Below are positions 58,170-64,000 of a stretch of 64,000 nt of DNA, in pieces. The position numbers and the translations under genes are program-made. Each line of letters starts with the position of its first letter. Within the stretch, counting starts at the first letter, position 1. Origin of the DNA: a virus; the IMG/VR virus record IMGVR_UViG_3300035698_017726, positions 1 to 64,000 of that record; one strand, written 5' to 3'. The notes below the pieces were generated by a model that had not been told where the DNA came from, did no database searches, and saw only the letters and a program-made list of their open reading frames with translations.

Positions 58170-58887
58170 GATGTCTGAAGAGCCTAAGACCAAGATTCAG
58201 ATTCCATGGAAGACTCATCTGACCAACGCCGGTTTGGTGGGCCTCAGCATGGGTGGTGGCTATGCTGCCGGATCCTTGGCTGGGTACGGACTGGCTAAGA
58301 TTCCTGCGGTTCGTGACCAGTGGCACAGCATGACGCCCAAGGAAAGAGCGACGTTCAAGGGAGTAGCTCTAGCGGGTCTTTCTACTGCAGCAGGTACCGC
58401 TGCAGGTTTAAGGCGTATGGGCACCAATGCTCGCATCAAGAAGTCCATGCTGGAGATGGAGAAGGCTGACAGGGAAAAGGATAGCCTCCAGAAGGAAGCT
58501 GGGGCCGTCTTCACTCAGGCATTCATCTCTGAAGTAGAGAAGATCGCAGAGCGCGAGCTCTCTGAGATGGAGAAAGAGGCCATTGTCCAGGCCGTCAAAG
58601 ACATAGCAAGTAGGGGCAAGCCCCTCTTAGCGGCAGGCATGAAGGCTGTAACAAAGGCCGCTCCAAACCTAGTCCAAGGAAGCGCCTCCAGTCCTGCCGA
58701 GGCCATATCAGGCGGGATAAAGGACGTAGCCTCTCGACTTACCCATACTGCTCCCCGTCCTCATGGAGGAGTAACCCAGTTAGCCTCTCGTCAGCTAGCT
58801 AAGAAGGGCCCAGTAGCTGGAATCGGCAAGGCCCTGAATTGGAGTGCTCCCGCATTCGGGCGCTTTGCGATGGAAGCCGCTACATGA
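58159..58887 (+). CDS. Two-module Gly/Ala-rich cargo-like protein
   Basis: Internal QKEAG-AFISEVEKIA-EKEA junction. Confidence 0.6.
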   Translation: MGTEMSEEPKTKIQIPWKTHLTNAGLVGLSMGGGYAAGSLAGYGLAKIPAVRDQWHSMTPKERATFKGVALAGLSTAAGTAAGLRRMGTNARIKKSMLEMEKADREKDSLQKEAGAVFTQAFISEVEKIAERELSEMEKEAIVQAVKDIASRGKPLLAAGMKAVTKAAPNLVQGSASSPAEAISGGIKDVASRLTHTAPRPHGGVTQLASRQLAKKGPVAGIGKALNWSAPAFGRFAMEAAT

Positions 58888-59696
58888 CTCAAGTTCCCGC
58901 CAGACACTCGAGTATTGATCAAGGAGTAGGAGAGGACCCCTCATTCTATATCCTTAGGCTCTACACTCAGTTTCTGCAGGGACTCTTCAACTTCATGCCC
59001 ACTGGGCACTTCCACTGGGAGCCTAGTCAGGAGCACAGTGAGATCCTTATTCGTGCAGAGGCTCCCACAGACCCAGAAGTTCTAGGTAAGCTCCCAGCCA
59101 TCGCAGTGACTATGGGTCCGTACCAGTCCTCGGGTTTGGGCATCGACAACATGCTCAGTTTCAATATGTGGACCAATGAGCGCACGAGATCTGATCTGAT
59201 GAATGGGCATCTGGTGGTATACTGCCTCGCGTCTAACGACAGAGTAGCAATGCGCCTGGCCCACATAGTTTCCCATTACACCCGAGTGCATCAGAGATTG
59301 CTGGAGTCCCCAGGGGGATTCCATGCTATTGCTCGACCCTCTCCAATGGTGAACTCTCCTAGTCCTCCAGGGGCCTTGGTTCCTGGTGACCAGAGAGGCA
59401 CAGTAATGGTACAAGTAAATGTCCCATTCGCCTTTCAGTGGACGTGGTCTACAATTCCATTGCGGCAGTCCCCACAAGACCGTTCTTTGGATATGATTAC
59501 GCAAGAAGATAGAGCATCAGACTACCCTTACACTTCCCCTTCCAGGCTTGAAAAGGTAAGGTTAGCTATGTCGACTTCTGACGTCACCGTTAGAAGAATC
59601 CGAGGTAGCTACGCTGTCCGCCCTGAGTTCGTAGAAATCGCCGTAGGACAGGATCCATTCCAGGAGTCCTGGGTGAGTTCCAGCGAGGAGTCATAA
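58884..59696 (+). CDS. Tail completion/terminator-like protein
   Basis: Directly upstream of the sheath gene; LPAIAV and YCLA...A pattern. Confidence 0.55.
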   Translation: MTQVPARHSSIDQGVGEDPSFYILRLYTQFLQGLFNFMPTGHFHWEPSQEHSEILIRAEAPTDPEVLGKLPAIAVTMGPYQSSGLGIDNMLSFNMWTNERTRSDLMNGHLVVYCLASNDRVAMRLAHIVSHYTRVHQRLLESPGGFHAIARPSPMVNSPSPPGALVPGDQRGTVMVQVNVPFAFQWTWSTIPLRQSPQDRSLDMITQEDRASDYPYTSPSRLEKVRLAMSTSDVTVRRIRGSYAVRPEFVEIAVGQDPFQESWVSSSEES

Positions 59697-59699
59697 TCA

Positions 59700-62600
59700 A
59701 TGTCCGATACCCGCCCCGGCGTAACCGTCGTCCAAGCACTTACCGAAACTCCGGTAGTTGCCTCGTCTCCTACGCTCGTTCCTTGCATCGTCGGCGTATG
59801 CCGTCAGATCATTGAAGAGACCGAGGATGATGGGACCCCCAATTCGGACGCTCTCTACTCAGAGGACTCGTACCAGCAGTCCGAGATGTACATCCCACAG
59901 GCGTCCTTCCCGGACCCACGGGACAACATCGACGAGTTGGACATCGAAGAAGCAGAAATCGAAGTATTCCTGCGTCCAGTAGGCGGTTCGCAGGTGGAGC
60001 TTCCCCGAGGCTCTGGCGGCTCCTACGGAACCAGCTTCCTGAAGCTGATGAACCGAAGCCGTGCGACGGCTATCCGGTCCACCATTGGCGCGAACGGTAT
60101 CGCAGCCACTCTGACGTTCAGTAATGACGTCCTGCTCATCGCCTTCGACCTGATCAACTCGGCGATCACCACTAGCGATATCACTGTGTCCCTAGACGGG
60201 GCCCTGACCATCACCGAAATCGCCACTGCGATCAACACGGCTGCGGGCACCACTGTCGCCACCGCATGGCTGGATGCAGACGACGAGATGGGCGCCGGCG
60301 CTACGTTCTACTACCTGCAGATTCAGTCCACTGCTTATGGGGCTACTTCCAGCCTCACTCTCAGAAGCTGCAGCGCCATCCCTGTCCTCTGGGGTACGCT
60401 GACTGAGACCAGTGAGTACCGGGTAGATGGTTCTGGGTTCTGGGGCCAGGACGATGTAGACAGTGACCTCGTCACCCCATGGATCGAATTCTCCAGGGGC
60501 TCCGCGACCGTTACCACCGTTCTTGGGGTAACTACGGACATCACACTGGCGCCACATGTTGTCAATGAGTTGTGGGTAGGTTGGCTAGATGTCGATGACA
60601 CCTGGATTGAGTCTGTAGCCGCCGCCGTTACTTTCACCGGAACCAGTCCAACTATCCCTCTGGTGGCCGCAACTTCTACGGTGCCTGGTGACCAGTTCTG
60701 GGCCACTGGCGTACAGGTAGGTAGCGGAGAAATCACTAAGGTCGAGACCTCCCGCTTCAAGATTGGAGTTCTCAGTACATCCCTCTCTACCTACGATGAT
60801 GACGGTGAGCCCACTACACGCGTATACACCACCTACGAAGTCAACACTCCAAGCCACCAGACTCCTTTTGCTCCTAAGTATGCTTACTTTGTCGCTGACG
60901 GCCTGGTGTACGGCGAGGTCATTCCGGCTGGTGAGCAGGCCACTATTACCGGTACTACGGCGGGCCTCCCGGCTAGGCCTGCGTACGTACAGGCACCTAT
61001 CGACGTAGTCTTCCCGGCTGCTCCAGGACTGAACCTGGCGGGTATGACGCTCATCTACCAGATCACCACTGATGGTGTTGCTGCTGCGGAAGTGACCTAC
61101 ACCTTCCCCGGTGGGTCCACCGCTGTGGATATCGCAGCGCTGCTCGTACTGATGACTGCTGTCGGTATCACTGGAGTCACCGTCACCAATACCGGTGACC
61201 GGCTGCTTCTCACTACCACAGCTACTGGCGCAGACCAGACCATCAGCATCAAGAGCACCGGTACGGTAAACGCTGAGCTCGGCTTCTCCGCTGTTGCAGC
61301 CACCACTGGCAGCGGCAAGGACGTCGAGTTTGCTACCCAGGCCGCATTCGAGACTCAAGCGTTCACTCTGCCTCTGACCTACCTAAATCCCGTCACGCTA
61401 GACATGACGGTCGTCGACTCCATGGGTACCCATGACCTGTCAGCTACAGGTATTGACCTTTCCGCAGACGCTACTCTCACCGACCTAATCGCGGCTATCT
61501 CCACCGCATTCGATGGCGACGGTGTCTCTACCATCAACGACGTCGGGATCCCGGTAGCTACGTTGAGCGCGACTGCTTTCGACGCCAATGACATCTCCGG
61601 TACGATTACCTTCACCACCGTTGAAGGCGGATCTGCGGTCTCTGTTGCGCTCCAGGCTATCGATGAAACGGACGGTTTCAGATACTTCGGTACTTACGAT
61701 GACCAGGTAGGCGCGTACGCTTTCGTGCCAGCCATCAACATCATGGCGGACTTCATCTGGCTACGCGGTAGGCTAGCTGTTGATGCTGGTCCAGATGGTT
61801 TCGACATTACCATCACCAACTTTGCCAATGCGCTAGCGGTCACCAACCTCATTCTGACGGTATCTGCTGGGGCCAGTGTAGACGAACTGGCTATAGATAT
61901 TGCTGCAGCAATCAACACCGCTATCGGTGGACCACCTGCAAATCCGGTCACCTGTGTCTTCAACAGAACCACCGGCGTCTTTGACCTCGTAGACCCTGAG
62001 GGCGGTACCATCCTCATTGCGGCACGTACGGGCGGTACCGACCTATCTACTGAGCTGTTTGGCATTGCTTTCACTGCCTCTCAGATTGGCGCATGGTCCG
62101 GTAACGCTCCCGACCTCGCCAATGGCGGAATTGGCGGATCTGGTTGGGACACCATCACCCTTACCGTGGATGACGGCACCGGTCCTCTGGCTGTCTCCAA
62201 GGATGCGGATCTCACCTTCTTGCTGACTGACCCCGAAGAGCTGGTGCAGCTCTTGAACGCAGACACCGAGTTCAATGGGTTTACTGACTTCGGCTACGAA
62301 GCAGTGCAGTGGTACATGGTGGATGCGGCCGGACATATCGGCGTGCGTACCGTTCCTGGCGGAGTTGTCGCGGCCATCACCATCGGTGCGGCGCAGCAGG
62401 GCATGGTAGATATTGGCTTCGACCCAGCAGGAAACGCGGTTATCGGAACCATTGTGGGCCGTTACGACGATGACGGAGCCAACTTGCTGCTAGGTACCGC
62501 CCTTCAGTTCATGTTGGACGACAACCCTTACGTCTACACCGTCACGGCTTCCGAGAACTCTCTGGCTACCTTCATCGCGGAAATCAACACCGAGGTGGAC

Positions 62601-64000
62601 GGTTCCTCTGATGTAGCGTCCGAGACCGCAGCCAAGATGACCTTGACGTCCATGCTGTATGGCGCGGCCTCCAAGGTCGAAATCGACGACACCGGTACCG
62701 CTGACGACATCCTAGGCCTGACGGGTCTGTCGGATGAGGGCGCTGGTCGCCCCAACCCTGACTTCTACCTCGATGCCGTCGGTGCCATCACCATTGGCCC
62801 CAGCGTTCTGCGTAACGGCAGCTCCGGAATCCCTTACACGATTTCATCTGCCTATGCCGAGGTCTACATCGCCTACACGGCTATCCGTGAGGACGTGACC
62901 GCTTCCGCTGAAGAGCCGGCTCTGCTCACCTTCGACAATGTCACGGACATGGAAGCGGCTATCGGCCCCATCAGTACCAACAACCCGTTGGCGCTCGGAG
63001 TCTACCTGGCTCTCCTCAACAGCCCGACACAGAGTGTCTCCGCCCTAGGTGTTGATGAGGTCAATGCGGCTGCCCCCGAAGGTACGTTGGACGGCTGGGC
63101 CAGAGCTATCGAGTATCTCGAGGCCAAGGAAGTCTACGCCATCGCGCCTATGACCGAGGACGAGTACGTACAGCAAGTACTGTCCACTCACGTCCAGGCC
63201 ATGAGTGAGCCCGCAGAGCGTGGAGAGCGTATCGCCGTCATGTGGCGTTCTCTCCCCGATAGGGCATCGGCCATTACGGTCGGCTCCGGCGAAGACGCAG
63301 AGAGCACGGGTACTGATGACACTATCGACCTGGGTACCAACCTCGAGCCCAACCTCATTGCCTACGGCATCGATCCTACAGATCCAATCGACTACGACGA
63401 GGAGCTCTACGTCGAGGTCCTCATCACCGAAGTCGGTTCTTCTACGCTCCGCAAGTACAGTGTCTCTGAGGTCAACGGAGTCATCCTGACCTTCAGGACC
63501 ACTTTCTTGGCCACTGAGAACACCGATGGGTTCTACACCACATCTACTCTGGATGAGGACGTCACCGGACAGAGCTGGGCGCTGAAGATCCGTGGCGCCG
63601 AGTTGGTCATCACCGGTACTACCCGGCCGGACCTAGGCTCCATCGCTGACGCGGCTGCTGATGCTGGCGAAGGCTTTGCCCATCGTCGTGTCTTCCTTCT
63701 TGCCTGCAACAACGTGAATACTTCTATCGATGGCCTCACCGCCAATGTAGAGGGCTTCTACGCTGCTGCTGCTGTTGCCGGAATGGTAGGCGAGCAGCTT
63801 CCCCAGCAGTCCTTCACCAATGTAGGCATCACTGGCTTCAGCAAGGTCTACGGAACCGATGACACCTTCAGCGAGGACCAGCTCGATACGGTAGCTGACG
63901 GTGGACGTTACCTCCTGATCAATAACGGAAGTCTGGTCATGTCCAGGCATTCGAGATCCACAGCCGTTCTTACCATCGAAAGCCGCGAGCTCTCGATCAC
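59700..64000 (+). CDS. Contractile tail sheath protein, more than 1430 aa, 3'-truncated (absent from the ORF track)
   Basis: MSDTRPGVTVVQ...PCIVG start with a GAGGAG SD. Sheath core near the end (AAAAVAG...PQQSFTN...FSEDQLD...RELSI). No stop reported in this frame. Confidence 0.85.
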   Translation, partial: MSDTRPGVTVVQALTETPVVASSPTLVPCIVGVCRQIIEETEDDGTPNSDALYSEDSYQQSEMYIPQASFPDPRDNIDELDIEEAEIEVFLRPVGGSQVELPRGSGGSYGTSFLKLMNRSRATAIRSTIGANGIAATLTFSNDVLLIAFDLINSAITTSDITVSLDGALTITEIATAINTAAGTTVATAWLDADDEMGAGATFYYLQIQSTAYGATSSLTLRSCSAIPVLWGTLTETSEYRVDGSGFWGQDDVDSDLVTPWIEFSRGSATVTTVLGVTTDITLAPHVVNELWVGWLDVDDTWIESVAAAVTFTGTSPTIPLVAATSTVPGDQFWATGVQVGSGEITKVETSRFKIGVLSTSLSTYDDDGEPTTRVYTTYEVNTPSHQTPFAPKYAYFVADGLVYGEVIPAGEQATITGTTAGLPARPAYVQAPIDVVFPAAPGLNLAGMTLIYQITTDGVAAAEVTYTFPGGSTAVDIAALLVLMTAVGITGVTVTNTGDRLLLTTTATGADQTISIKSTGTVNAELGFSAVAATTGSGKDVEFATQAAFETQAFTLPLTYLNPVTLDMTVVDSMGTHDLSATGIDLSADATLTDLIAAISTAFDGDGVSTINDVGIPVATLSATAFDANDISGTITFTTVEGGSAVSVALQAIDETDGFRYFGTYDDQVGAYAFVPAINIMADFIWLRGRLAVDAGPDGFDITITNFANALAVTNLILTVSAGASVDELAIDIAAAINTAIGGPPANPVTCVFNRTTGVFDLVDPEGGTILIAARTGGTDLSTELFGIAFTASQIGAWSGNAPDLANGGIGGSGWDTITLTVDDGTGPLAVSKDADLTFLLTDPEELVQLLNADTEFNGFTDFGYEAVQWYMVDAAGHIGVRTVPGGVVAAITIGAAQQGMVDIGFDPAGNAVIGTIVGRYDDDGANLLLGTALQFMLDDNPYVYTVTASENSLATFIAEINTEVDGSSDVASETAAKMTLTSMLYGAASKVEIDDTGTADDILGLTGLSDEGAGRPNPDFYLDAVGAITIGPSVLRNGSSGIPYTISSAYAEVYIAYTAIREDVTASAEEPALLTFDNVTDMEAAIGPISTNNPLALGVYLALLNSPTQSVSALGVDEVNAAAPEGTLDGWARAIEYLEAKEVYAIAPMTEDEYVQQVLSTHVQAMSEPAERGERIAVMWRSLPDRASAITVGSGEDAESTGTDDTIDLGTNLEPNLIAYGIDPTDPIDYDEELYVEVLITEVGSSTLRKYSVSEVNGVILTFRTTFLATENTDGFYTTSTLDEDVTGQSWALKIRGAELVITGTTRPDLGSIADAAADAGEGFAHRRVFLLACNNVNTSIDGLTANVEGFYAAAAVAGMVGEQLPQQSFTNVGITGFSKVYGTDDTFSEDQLDTVADGGRYLLINNGSLVMSRHSRSTAVLTIESRELSI

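Noticed and set aside
1-64000. Genome-wide stop-codon reassignment
   Set aside because: Long conserved genes are intact in code 11 and end in TAA, TAG and TGA at the expected C-termini.
1-64000. phiKZ-like nucleus-forming jumbo phage
   Set aside because: No tubulin or chimallin is recognisable in the window, the RNAP is fused rather than split, and the polymerase is family A.
1-64000. tRNA/rRNA genes, integrase, transposase, reverse transcriptase or DGR
   Set aside because: Intergenic gaps are short and none showed a cloverleaf; no such motifs were recognised. A covariance search was not run.

Overview
The whole window reads as part of a large, probably lytic, contractile-tailed dsDNA phage genome in the standard genetic code. 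I see no host housekeeping context, rRNA, tRNA or CRISPR array. Minus-strand blocks carry replication, recombination and early-type genes: family A DNA polymerase, DnaG primase, DnaB helicase, a probable SSB, RecA, SF2 helicase, Cas4-like, Hjc-like and RusA nucleases, UDG family 4, HU, RNase HII, and a Tad1 anti-defence sponge. Plus-strand blocks carry virion genes: portal, terminase large subunit, an assemblin-type prohead protease, scaffold-like proteins, major capsid protein, neck proteins, a probable spike, and a tail sheath of more than 1400 aa running off the end. Embedded among them is a 2057-aa single-chain beta-beta' RNA polymerase of cellular type. Three features stand out. (1) A K-x-A(S) motif recurs dozens of times in about 15 virion-module proteins, often behind an F-x-[DE]-E-[hydrophobic]-x-K-x-A helix, and brackets glycine-zipper modules; this suggests a protease-processed, capsid-targeted polyprotein cargo system. 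(2) The fused RNAP has lost its sigma-binding and rifampicin-binding determinants, and candidate CATAAG promoters and TTTAGC terminators sit on the minus-strand units. (3) An in-frame UGA followed by a SECIS-like hairpin suggests readthrough. All annotations come from motif recognition by eye; no database searches were run.
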